Source: an uncultured Bacteroidales bacterium (lineage in GTDB: Bacteria; Bacteroidota; Bacteroidia; Bacteroidales; P3). From it: 30,242 bases of DNA. Each line of letters begins with the position of its first letter. The first letter of the stretch is position 1. Below are positions 17,964 to 26,265 of the stretch, in pieces. Under the pieces are notes generated by a model, which searched no databases, was not told where the DNA came from, and saw only the letters and a list, made by a program, of their open reading frames with translations. A program made the position numbers and the translations under genes. The stretch spans positions 1 through 30,242 of the forward strand of contig CALEPD010000252.1 in the NCBI GenBank assembly GCA_937910265.1, given 5' to 3'.

Positions 17964-18851
17964 TTAATAAATGCCCTCGTCGTGTAATTTTTTGAGACGG
18001 GCAACAACCATGGGTCTGTCCTCCTGGTAAGTTACACCAAACCACTGGGCAGTGGTGTTGAGTACTTTCATATCTGCTTTGCCATTATTAATTAATGTAT
18101 TTACGGCAAAGGGTATATAGTATTCTGATTTCAGCTCGCCGCCACGCTCTTTCAGGAAGTCGATGAATAACTGCTCGCTTTCTTCGAAATAGTCGGGGGT
18201 GAATCCGAATAGATTCATCGATACTGTTGCGTCTGCCGGAAGGTTGTGTTTGCCGTCGGCGTCATTGTAGATGATTTCCTTTTCGGCGCGCTCTATGCTG
18301 GTGCGCTCGGTCATGCCTATCAGCATGCCGTCGGCGTCGACGTTGCACACGCCGCGGGATACGGTGCCGTTTTCGCTCAGTGTGTTTTCGAGACGGTAGC
18401 CGACCATGCAGTATTTGCCTTTCTGTCCGTCAAGGGTCTTTAAGTGGTCGGCCATGACTTTGAATGCATCTGCACCATAAAAGTCGTCGGCATTGATGAT
18501 TGCGAACGGTTCGTTGACAACCTCTTTGGCCATTAATATGGCATGGTTGGTGCCCCATGGTTTTTCGCGACCTTCGGGCACTGTGAATCCCTCAGGAAGT
18601 TTGTCGAGTTCTTGGTAGACGTATTCTACGGCGATTCTGTTTCCGAAATGCTCTTCATTGATTTTTGATTTGAATTCCTCTTCGAAGCTGTGTCGGATAA
18701 CGAATACCACTTTCCCGAAACCTGCGCGGATTGCGTCGTTGATTGAGTAGTCCATGATGATTTCGCCATTAGGTCCTACTCCGTCCATCTGTTTCAGTCC
18801 TCCGTAACGGCTGCCCATGCCGGCTGCCAAAACTAATAATGTAGGTTTCAT
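17964..18851 (-). CDS. Sugar-phosphate nucleotidyltransferase (NTP_transferase family)
   Basis: LVLAAGMGSRYGGLKQMD, REKPWGTNHA, INADDFYG, WFGVTY; substrate unknown. Confidence 0.88.
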   Translation of the reverse strand: MKPTLLVLAAGMGSRYGGLKQMDGVGPNGEIIMDYSINDAIRAGFGKVVFVIRHSFEEEFKSKINEEHFGNRIAVEYVYQELDKLPEGFTVPEGREKPWGTNHAILMAKEVVNEPFAIINADDFYGADAFKVMADHLKTLDGQKGKYCMVGYRLENTLSENGTVSRGVCNVDADGMLIGMTERTSIERAEKEIIYNDADGKHNLPADATVSMNLFGFTPDYFEESEQLFIDFLKERGGELKSEYYIPFAVNTLINNGKADMKVLNTTAQWFGVTYQEDRPMVVARLKKLHDEGIY

Positions 18852-18915
18852 ATCGTATTGGTTTTATTGTATTATTGTTGTTTTAGATTCATGTTGTGGC
18901 GACAATGGCCTCGGT

Positions 18916-19365
18916 TTATTGGCGTTTCTTTTTGAAGAAGTCTTTGAGCAATTGTTCGCATTCGGTTTTCATCAGCCCGCTTTCTATTGTTGTCTTGGGA
19001 TGCAGCATGCTTCGTCCTATTTTTTCGAATCCTTTTTTGGGGTCGGACGCACCGTATACTATCCGTCCTATTTGTGTCCATCCAGCAGCCCCGGCGCACA
19101 TTGCACATGGTTCGAGTGTGACGTACAGAGTGCAGTCGGTGAGGTATTTGGCCCCCAAGTAATTGGTTGCAGAGGTGAATGCAATCATTTCGGCATGTGC
19201 TGTTACATCGCGCAGTTGCTCGGTGTTGTTGTGTGCACGGGCTATGATCTGGCCGTTGCTTACAATGACGGCACCTACGGGTATCTCGTCTTCGTCATAA
19301 GCGAGTCGGGCCTCATTCAGGGCCTGTTGCATGTAAAATTCCTCTGGATTGTCGAATATGCTCAT
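18916..19365 (-). CDS. tadA: TadA-family nucleoside/tRNA adenosine deaminase
   Basis: EIPVGAVIV, TAHAEMIA, LYVTLEPCAMCAGA, YGASDPK. Confidence 0.85.
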   Translation of the reverse strand: MSIFDNPEEFYMQQALNEARLAYDEDEIPVGAVIVSNGQIIARAHNNTEQLRDVTAHAEMIAFTSATNYLGAKYLTDCTLYVTLEPCAMCAGAAGWTQIGRIVYGASDPKKGFEKIGRSMLHPKTTIESGLMKTECEQLLKDFFKKKRQ

Positions 19366-19377
19366 ACAGATGATGCC

Positions 19378-20124
19378 TTAATCTTGGTTGAAGATGTCGT
19401 CGTCGGGTTTGATGAATTTAACGTGGTTGCGTATGAGTTTCACCCGGCCGTAGCTCATGTAGCTTTCCGACGATACAAACAGAGCGTCACCCAAGGGTTG
19501 GTATTCGTGGTAGGCTCTCCATTTCACATGGTGGGTGGTGTCTGTCTTCTCGTTTCCGAAGAAATCGTCGGTCTCATCGATGAGGAATAACAGTCCGCTT
19601 TCTTTCTCGAACAGGTAGTAGCGGTTGTACATGTTGGGCATACCTACGAATACTCTGTCCACGGGTGTACCTTGGTAGGTGTAGGCTCCTGCGTATTTCA
19701 GTTCGCCTCCTTTGGTTTTGTAGTTGTGAAGCGGTCCGCGGAAATCGTATGCCATGGCCCAGTCATAATATTCCATTTGAGTCACATTGACCCACATCTT
19801 TCCGTTGGGATCGTATCGGCGGAATATGTCTTTGCCGTTGCTGTAATATCCCGACTCTTTTTTGCCATGGTGCCAGACTTCCACTCTGAATTTGAATGGC
19901 CCTTGTGCCCATCGTTTCATTATAACGGTGTCGGTGGGGTCGTTGCGGTCAACGATATGGCTTTCGATATATAGCAAACTGTCGCCGGGAAGGTTGTCAT
20001 GATTTAGTATGGACAGGTGTCTTTCAACGATGGTCGCAGCCGTATCGGGTGAGTATTGGTGGTTTTGTGCAATCAGCATGTTGCCGAGAACGCATCCCAG
20101 TATATATAAATATATTCTTTTCAT
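19378..20124 (-). CDS. Secreted hypothetical protein (possible LolA-like beta fold)
   Basis: Signal peptide (MKRIYLYILGCVLGNMLIA); aromatic, beta-rich pattern; co-oriented in an operon-like run. The fold is inferred only. Confidence 0.7.
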   Translation of the reverse strand: MKRIYLYILGCVLGNMLIAQNHQYSPDTAATIVERHLSILNHDNLPGDSLLYIESHIVDRNDPTDTVIMKRWAQGPFKFRVEVWHHGKKESGYYSNGKDIFRRYDPNGKMWVNVTQMEYYDWAMAYDFRGPLHNYKTKGGELKYAGAYTYQGTPVDRVFVGMPNMYNRYYLFEKESGLLFLIDETDDFFGNEKTDTTHHVKWRAYHEYQPLGDALFVSSESYMSYGRVKLIRNHVKFIKPDDDIFNQD

Positions 20125-20163
20125 AGTTGTATATTTTGAAAAGTAACGGATTACCCGCCTTTT

Positions 20164-20721
20164 TTATTGTGATAGAATTATTTCCAAGGGTTTGGCATTT
20201 GCCGGGATGTTCATCGGGAAGTTCAGTCCGGCGGCACTCTTCAGTTCGTTCATTTTCACGGATACCGGTATGTTGAATGACCGTCCTAATTTTGAAATGC
20301 TTTCTTCTGCGGCTTCGGGTCTGTATATCAGCTGGTTCATCAGCGTGTCGAAATTGTATTCGGCCTTTGTCAATTGTTTCAGGTCGCTGTAGTCGCCTTT
20401 CCATGCGCAATTCAATAGTTTCACATGTATCCACGCGCTGTCTGGATTCATTTTCACACGTCCTAGTTCCAATCCTTTGGTGATGCTTACCCATATTGCC
20501 TTTTCGCATTCCATGCGGATGAGCCCGTTGGCGTCGTATCCTGCTGCCGAGCATGCGAAGGTGCGTGTCATGTATTGGTGGGGGCATGTGTTGGTTGTAT
20601 CCACGGTTTCGGACTGTTCCTGTGACTCACTTTGTCGGGCCACATCTTTCGTGTTGCGGCATCCGGATGTCATGGCGACAAGGGTCAGCATGACGGCGAT
20701 GGTGGCTATTCTGCTTTTCAT
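20164..20721 (-). CDS. DUF4292-like lipoprotein (short version)
   Basis: Lipobox MTSG-C; NGLIRM....IWVSIT.GLELGRV.MNPDS motif; follows a TPR gene as in other Bacteroidota. Confidence 0.7.
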   Translation of the reverse strand: MKSRIATIAVMLTLVAMTSGCRNTKDVARQSESQEQSETVDTTNTCPHQYMTRTFACSAAGYDANGLIRMECEKAIWVSITKGLELGRVKMNPDSAWIHVKLLNCAWKGDYSDLKQLTKAEYNFDTLMNQLIYRPEAAEESISKLGRSFNIPVSVKMNELKSAAGLNFPMNIPANAKPLEIILSQ

Positions 20722-20810
20722 AGGGCTGATTTGTTTTTGAGGTGGCGCTTGCCTCCGGCAGTGCGACTTGTATCGGAGTTGTTCCTGCCATGAGTGCTGC
20801 CTGGTGTGTT

Positions 20811-22481
20811 CTATTCAGGGTGTGTTTCGGACTGTTCTTTGGGCATGGCGGCCTGTATCGCCTTCAGGTGGTCACGCAGCACCGGGTTCTCGGAGTCGTC
20901 CAGAAGTATGGCGATTAGTATAGACTTCAAAGCCTCTTGATATTCACCCTTGTGATACAGCACCCAAGCGTGGGTGTCTTGGAATCGGATGTTTCTGGGG
21001 TCATGTTGCACAAGCTGTGTCGACAGCTCTAATGCGCGGTCGAGGTTGATTCCCAGCTCTGCCAGATAATATGCGTAGTCGTTCATCACCCAATCCACAT
21101 TGGGCCTCACCCTAAGGCTGTGCTCGTAGCTCTCTATGAATTTGTTTGTGTCGCCCAACGCGTAATACACCTCGCCAAACAAGCAATGGGTCTCCGCTTC
21201 AAGGTGTCCGTCGCTGTATCCGGTCTCTTGGCAGGTGGTCAGTGCCCACAGCGCCTTCTCGTAGTTTTGCTGTCTGAAATGAACCAGCCCTTGCAGGTAG
21301 TACGGCACCGATGCCCAGGGAAACAGTTCGGCGGCCCGGAGTGAGTAACTGAGCGTTTCGTCGTAATGGGTTGTTTCTGAAAGGCATATAAGAAGCGACT
21401 CCCATATCATATAGTCACTGCTGTCCTGTGCCAGATGTATTTTCAGATAATGGGCCGCACGCTCAAATTCCCGCTGCTCCATCAGTATGGTTCCCATGAT
21501 GAATGCCACCTCGTTGCTGTCGGCGCTGCTCTTGATGATAATGTCCAGCAACTCCGACACCTCATCCTTTTTGCTTTCGTAGAATTCCTCCTCAGTGTAC
21601 ATCATCGTCAGCAGCTGCATCTTCGACTGCGCGCTCACGTTCGGGTGTGTGAGGCCGCGAACCAGCTCGTCCTTCACCATGTCATCTCTGCCCGTCTTCT
21701 TGTACAGATAAGCCAGCGAGATGTGCGCGTATTCATCGTCAGGGTCAATCTCGAGTACTCGGTTGTAGTAATATTCAGCCTTGTCGTATCGCTCCTCCTC
21801 CATCTCCAGCTCGGCCATCATGGCGGCGAATCTCTTGTCCTGCGGTATCGCTTTCGCCAACGCTTCTATCTCGGCGCGGGCCTTCGCCGGACGTTTCATC
21901 GTGGTCCACAGACGTTGTTTCTGAAGCGATATCTCCGGCACTATCCCGTATTTTTTCTCCACTCTGTTCAGTACCGCAATAGCCTCCTCAAAGTCCTCGT
22001 CCATAATGTACGCATTCGAAAGCTCGTAGTAGTAATCCAGCACATCCGGTTTCAGCTCAATCAGTTGCTCCCATTCCGATATCAAGCCCTTGGTATTGTT
22101 CATCGCCTTGAGTATCTCAGTCGCCTTCACCCGATACCAGATGTTCTTCGGCTGAATCTCCTTCGCCTTCGTTACATAATACAATGCACTGTCGGTCATG
22201 CCTTGTGACAGCATCAGCGAGCCAATTCCGTAGTAGGCTGCGTCACATGCCGCATCCGTCGCGGTCACCTTCTTGTACATCTGCATCGCCATCGGTATAT
22301 TGCCCACCTCCTGGTAAGTGCGGGCCTCTATCAGTATATTCTCCAGCTCCAATTGCTCCTGTTCAACCTCCGCAATCGCGGGGCGTTCGTAAGGCGATGG
22401 CTTCTTCTGGGTATTTTTGCTCGTCTGGCATCCGGTCGCCAGTAGTACAATGCAACTTATTATTGGAATTATACGTCTCAT
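20811..22481 (-). CDS. Tetratricopeptide-repeat lipoprotein
   Basis: Lipobox LATG-C; many TPR-like units (KAKEIQPKNIWY, RVLEIDPDDEYAH, VMNDYAYYLAE...DTHAWVLYHKGEY). Confidence 0.9.
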   Translation of the reverse strand: MRRIIPIISCIVLLATGCQTSKNTQKKPSPYERPAIAEVEQEQLELENILIEARTYQEVGNIPMAMQMYKKVTATDAACDAAYYGIGSLMLSQGMTDSALYYVTKAKEIQPKNIWYRVKATEILKAMNNTKGLISEWEQLIELKPDVLDYYYELSNAYIMDEDFEEAIAVLNRVEKKYGIVPEISLQKQRLWTTMKRPAKARAEIEALAKAIPQDKRFAAMMAELEMEEERYDKAEYYYNRVLEIDPDDEYAHISLAYLYKKTGRDDMVKDELVRGLTHPNVSAQSKMQLLTMMYTEEEFYESKKDEVSELLDIIIKSSADSNEVAFIMGTILMEQREFERAAHYLKIHLAQDSSDYMIWESLLICLSETTHYDETLSYSLRAAELFPWASVPYYLQGLVHFRQQNYEKALWALTTCQETGYSDGHLEAETHCLFGEVYYALGDTNKFIESYEHSLRVRPNVDWVMNDYAYYLAELGINLDRALELSTQLVQHDPRNIRFQDTHAWVLYHKGEYQEALKSILIAILLDDSENPVLRDHLKAIQAAMPKEQSETHPE

Positions 22482-22504
22482 CGTGTTCTCTGTTTCAGAT
22501 TAAA

Positions 22505-22822
22505 GGTGGGTTCTGTCAATTGCTTTCGTGCGTTTTGGTTCTTATTTCGGCGGGTTTCCGTGCGGAAGGTGTGAGGAAAGCCAGTGGCTTTCGATAGCGT
22601 TCCACAGGACGTCGCACGAAGTAAGGCGAGCGGAGTGTCATGTGGTGCATTATAATCGACCGACAATCAGAAGGATGCCGAAATAAGGGCAAAGGCGTTG
22701 AGAAATTTGAACTCACTCATGTTAACGATTAATTTTAAATGTGGAGTTTATCAATCCACCTTAAAACTATTATCCAACAACTTTTAGTATATATATACCC
22801 CAATTTTTATTTTCTCGGTCCC
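22505..22822 (+). repeat. Hairpin repeat element, copy 1 (core 22505-22719, with an internal insertion)
   Basis: Aligns by eye with 25933-26155: GGTGGGTTCT.T.AATTGCTTTCGTGCGTTTT..TTCTTATTTCG ... GTG.ATTATAAT ... CGAAATA..GGCAA.GG.G.TGA.A.ATTTGAA.TCA.TCA ... TTATCA..CCACCTT ... CCAAT.TTT.T.T.CTC.GTCCC. Confidence 0.85.
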
Positions 22823-22961
22823 GTTCACTGTTCCGCATGCCGCACCCGCATCCGCCGGTTCAGGCCCGCATCACGGGGGGTGCCCCGCCCCTTGCCCCAA
22901 ACACTCATTTCCACATACAGTCCCATCCCCCTTTAAAAATGTCATAAAAAAACAAAAATAT

Positions 22962-22992
22962 TTTGATAAATCGATTTTTTGCAGTATATTTG
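22962..22992 (+). promoter_or_regulatory. Bacteroidota promoter for the 882-aa T9SS gene
   Basis: TTTG (22962-22965), 19-nt spacer, TATATTTG (22985-22992); followed by a ~125-nt AT-rich UTR. Confidence 0.85.
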
Positions 22993-23123
22993 CAAAGTTT
23001 ATGATTATACTCGCTTTATTCCTATAAAATATGTAAGTATTTTTTTGTGAGAGAGTTGTGTATGATTGTAATTGTAATTAAAGAAAATAAGTATATCAAT
23101 TTATTAATCTAAACTCAATTAAA

Positions 23124-25772
23124 ATGAAAAAAACATTAACGGTTTTAGGTTTCGCGCTCTGTGCAACCTTCGCATTTGCGCAAACCCAAACTCATTCTGC
23201 CAACAGAATGCAGAATGACGTAGTAGCCGCTAAGGCCAATGCCCAATTGGTTCAGAACGAAGGCTACAAAGGCTCGATCTTCACCAAGACCGATGCTATC
23301 GACACTTGGGAGTTTACCGCCGCAGAAGCTGCTGCAAACCACTTCACAACCGGTACTGTTGGTTCCGGTGCTCAAATCGGTGGTCAGGTGGCTATGGCTC
23401 ACGGCCAATCCAACTACTTCTCACAGTGGCGTCGTATCAGTGGCGTTGACCAAGCTACCATCGCCAGTGAAGTTACCCTCGCAAACTACCCCTACCACGG
23501 TGACTTGGACTCCATTTTCCGTGCACGTTACGGTGTGGGTTATTTCGAGGATCGCATGGACACCGCCAACACCTCTGGTGAAAACGGCTTCATGTTCATG
23601 TCCATGCTCGACAACCAACCCAGCTACGGTGGCTCAGGTAGCGTTGGCGTTTACAATGCCTACATCGCCCTCGAACCCGTATCAACCACTGGCTCTGCCG
23701 TTGTTGACGTTCGTTTCTACCAGTATTACACCAAATACTACGAATATTGCTACCTCGACTACAGCACCGACGAAACCACTTGGAACACCATGGAAATCAA
23801 CGTAACCGGTGTTGATATGCAGGTTAACGACGACCTCATGGGCTTCTACTCCTACACACTCCCCCTCTCTGTTGGTAACCAAAGCAGCCTCTCTGTTCGT
23901 TTCCGTTACTTCAGCGATCAGTCCCGCGGTAATGCCGACGGTTACTGGTGGATGATTGACGACGCTCAGATTATTCCTGGTGACGACAGCCGTTGGGTAA
24001 CCCGCGACGAGTACTACATCGCCGGTGGTTATCAAATCATGCCCCAAGGTCTCGAACTTCCTTTGACCTGGTACACCTCCGTTACCAACAACGGTGCAGT
24101 TGCACAAACCGGTGTAAACGCCACCACCTATCACTTGGATGCCGACATGACCGCTACCGCCGTTACCACTGTTAGCCAAGCTGACCTCGCTGCCGGTGCT
24201 ACCGCCGACATGGTTATCGACCACACTGGTTACTACGATGAGGATACTGAACACCCCGGTTGGGTTGGAAACGCTGACAATTACGAAAACCCCGCTTCCC
24301 TTCCCACCACCACCGCTGGTGTTAACTACTTCACCACCACCCTTACCTCTACCACCTCCGCAGGCGCCCTCTCCTCTCCTTTCGACACCATCCCCTACCT
24401 CGTTAACGTTGACGACGATGGCAACCGCGTTTGGGGTCTCGACAATGGTATCTTGAACCGTTACTCATACTCCACCTTCGGTGCTACCGATGATGGTTAT
24501 GTAACCGACGATTGCGAAACCTACGGCGAACCTGGCTACACCAACATGCTCCGTTTCAAAACCGGTAAAACCGTTCCCGAAGGTTGGGTAATTCGTGGCG
24601 TTCAGTTGGTGGCTTCTGCTGCTGAAGGTGAATTCGGCGCAATGTGCGAACCTTACGCTCAAATCATGCCCAAACTCTGGTACAGCTCCTATTCTGAAGA
24701 CGGCGAGACTGTTTCCTTCCCCTCCATCAACACCGGTGCCGACGTATACGAAATCACCATTGACGACCTCAACGCTACCGAAGATGTTATTCAATCCGAC
24801 AACTATGGCCAATTCCAACGTTTCGGTGAATACAACGTTATCAATATCGAATTCCCCGAACAGCCCGACCTCGAAGCTGACCAGGCATACTGGGTCGGTT
24901 ACCAAATGGTTAACCAAGGTCTCTTCTGCGTTGCTTCTCAAGCTACCTACTACACCTTCGACTCTGTTGAGAATGGTGAAACTGTTACCTACAGACGTAA
25001 CTTCGCAGCCGACCAGAACTACGGTCTCCATTTCTATGGCAACCAAGTTGGTATCCCCTGCGGTTACGAATCTTACTACATCGATGCAGCTCACGATGAA
25101 AACGGCTTCTCTGGCTACTACATCGACGCTATTCCTATGATCCGTATGATTGTTGGTCCTCGCGTTGACCGTCCTACCACCACCGTTGCTGTTGAATGCG
25201 AATTCAGAAATGCTGGTGAAGGTATCGTTTACAGCCCCAATGGTGTTGAAATCTGCGGTCTTACCGACACCATCACTGTTGGTGCCCGTGCTACCTACCA
25301 ATTCGAATACATGGCTGGTTCTACCCTCGAAAGCCTCATTGTTGACGGTGTAGAGCAAACCCTCGGCGAAGGCAACTTCGAATACGAAGAGTACACCACT
25401 GAAGATGGTACCGTTATGTCCTACATGACCTACACCTTCTACAACATCTCTAACGAACCTCACACCATTCAGGCCATCTTCAACGAAGAAGGCGCTGGTG
25501 GCGGTGAAGAAGGCTTCGACGCTCTCGCAGCAGGTGTTTCTGTAAACCTCCAACCCAATCCCGCTACTTCTCATGTTAACATGACCATCGCTGGTGTTTC
25601 CGGTATGGTTGACATGCAGATCATCGACATGAGTGGCCGTGTTGTAATGGCTCAACAAATCAATGCTGAGGCAGCTCAAAACATCGACCTCTCCAACATT
25701 GCTAAGGGTGCTTACTTCGTACGCATCACCAACAACGACTTCAGCAAAGTTGAGAAACTCATCGTTCGCTAA
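23124..25772 (+). CDS. T9SS type-A sorting-domain surface protein, 882 aa, function unknown
   Basis: Signal peptide (MKKTLTVLGFALCATFAFA); adhesin/MAM-like motif VRFRY...YWWMIDDAQI; InlB-B-repeat-like unit (LIVDGVEQ...YTFYNISNEPHTIQAIF); CTD LQPNPATSHV...IIDMSGRVV...KGAYFVRI...VEKLIVR. Confidence 0.92.
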   Translation: MKKTLTVLGFALCATFAFAQTQTHSANRMQNDVVAAKANAQLVQNEGYKGSIFTKTDAIDTWEFTAAEAAANHFTTGTVGSGAQIGGQVAMAHGQSNYFSQWRRISGVDQATIASEVTLANYPYHGDLDSIFRARYGVGYFEDRMDTANTSGENGFMFMSMLDNQPSYGGSGSVGVYNAYIALEPVSTTGSAVVDVRFYQYYTKYYEYCYLDYSTDETTWNTMEINVTGVDMQVNDDLMGFYSYTLPLSVGNQSSLSVRFRYFSDQSRGNADGYWWMIDDAQIIPGDDSRWVTRDEYYIAGGYQIMPQGLELPLTWYTSVTNNGAVAQTGVNATTYHLDADMTATAVTTVSQADLAAGATADMVIDHTGYYDEDTEHPGWVGNADNYENPASLPTTTAGVNYFTTTLTSTTSAGALSSPFDTIPYLVNVDDDGNRVWGLDNGILNRYSYSTFGATDDGYVTDDCETYGEPGYTNMLRFKTGKTVPEGWVIRGVQLVASAAEGEFGAMCEPYAQIMPKLWYSSYSEDGETVSFPSINTGADVYEITIDDLNATEDVIQSDNYGQFQRFGEYNVINIEFPEQPDLEADQAYWVGYQMVNQGLFCVASQATYYTFDSVENGETVTYRRNFAADQNYGLHFYGNQVGIPCGYESYYIDAAHDENGFSGYYIDAIPMIRMIVGPRVDRPTTTVAVECEFRNAGEGIVYSPNGVEICGLTDTITVGARATYQFEYMAGSTLESLIVDGVEQTLGEGNFEYEEYTTEDGTVMSYMTYTFYNISNEPHTIQAIFNEEGAGGGEEGFDALAAGVSVNLQPNPATSHVNMTIAGVSGMVDMQIIDMSGRVVMAQQINAEAAQNIDLSNIAKGAYFVRITNNDFSKVEKLIVR

Positions 25773-25793
25773 TCTATCCGATTACTGAATATC

Positions 25794-25828
25794 AAAAGTG
25801 GACACTGTACAGTGTCCACTTTTTTTTT
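25794..25828 (+). terminator. Intrinsic (likely bidirectional) terminator; perfect 30-bp palindrome
   Basis: AAAAGTGGACACTGT|ACAGTGTCCACTTTT (25794-25823) followed by further Ts. Confidence 0.85.
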
Positions 25829-25932
25829 ATCCATAGTATCCCCATTGCTGGCCACAACAAAGCGTAGTATCGTTCCTCCTCCACCAAAGTTTGCTCTCCA
25901 TACATATGCCATATTCCCGCTATGCTTCTTAT

Positions 25933-26155
25933 GGTGGGTTCTATAAATTGCTTTCGTGCGTTTTCTTCTTATTTCGAGCAGATTTGCGTGCTGAGGCAGT
26001 GTATTATAATATCTGACACGAAATAGAGGCAACGGTGCTGAAACATTTGAATTCATTCAGACTGTTGCTGCTTTTTTCCAAACATGTAAATTATCACACC
26101 CACCTTGTAGACCCACGAGTCAATTTCTGGCTCCAATATTTCTATCCTCAGTCCC
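25933..26155 (+). repeat. Hairpin repeat element, copy 2 (core 25933-26059)
   Basis: Direct-orientation, diverged copy of 22505-22822; internal stems TATTTCG/CGAAATA, CAGAT/ATCTG and GGTGGGTTC/GAATTCATT. Confidence 0.85.
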
Positions 26156-26171
26156 CCTATGGCATATGGCA

Positions 26172-26207
26172 AACAGCGGCAGAAGCCTTCTTACTTCTGC
26201 CGCTGTT
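26172..26207 (-). terminator. Strong hairpin downstream of yicC (probable terminator)
   Basis: 14-bp perfect stem AACAGCGGCAGAAG/CTTCTGCCGCTGTT with an 8-nt loop; short U-tract on the minus strand. Confidence 0.65.
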
Positions 26208-26265
26208 CATATAATTGTTACTTGTTCCGGTTTCGCCTCCTGGCTCGCCAATCCTCGTACCCGGA

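Noticed and set aside
22478..22936. Small ORFs over repeat copy 1 and the C-rich tract (and 25769-26056 over copy 2)
   Set aside because: Indels between the copies do not preserve a common frame or peptide; conservation fits base pairing better than coding.
24465..25679. 404-aa antisense ORF within the T9SS gene (also 26317-27564 opposite yicC/apbE)
   Set aside because: Expected from strong codon bias suppressing antisense stop codons; non-ATG starts and no motifs.
22505..26155. The repeats as a CRISPR array, IS ends or a ribozyme
   Set aside because: Only two long diverged copies 3.4 kb apart, with no spacers or cas genes. There is no transposase or clear target-site duplication, the short GGTGG/CCACC ends are too weak to call TIRs, and I found no hammerhead core.
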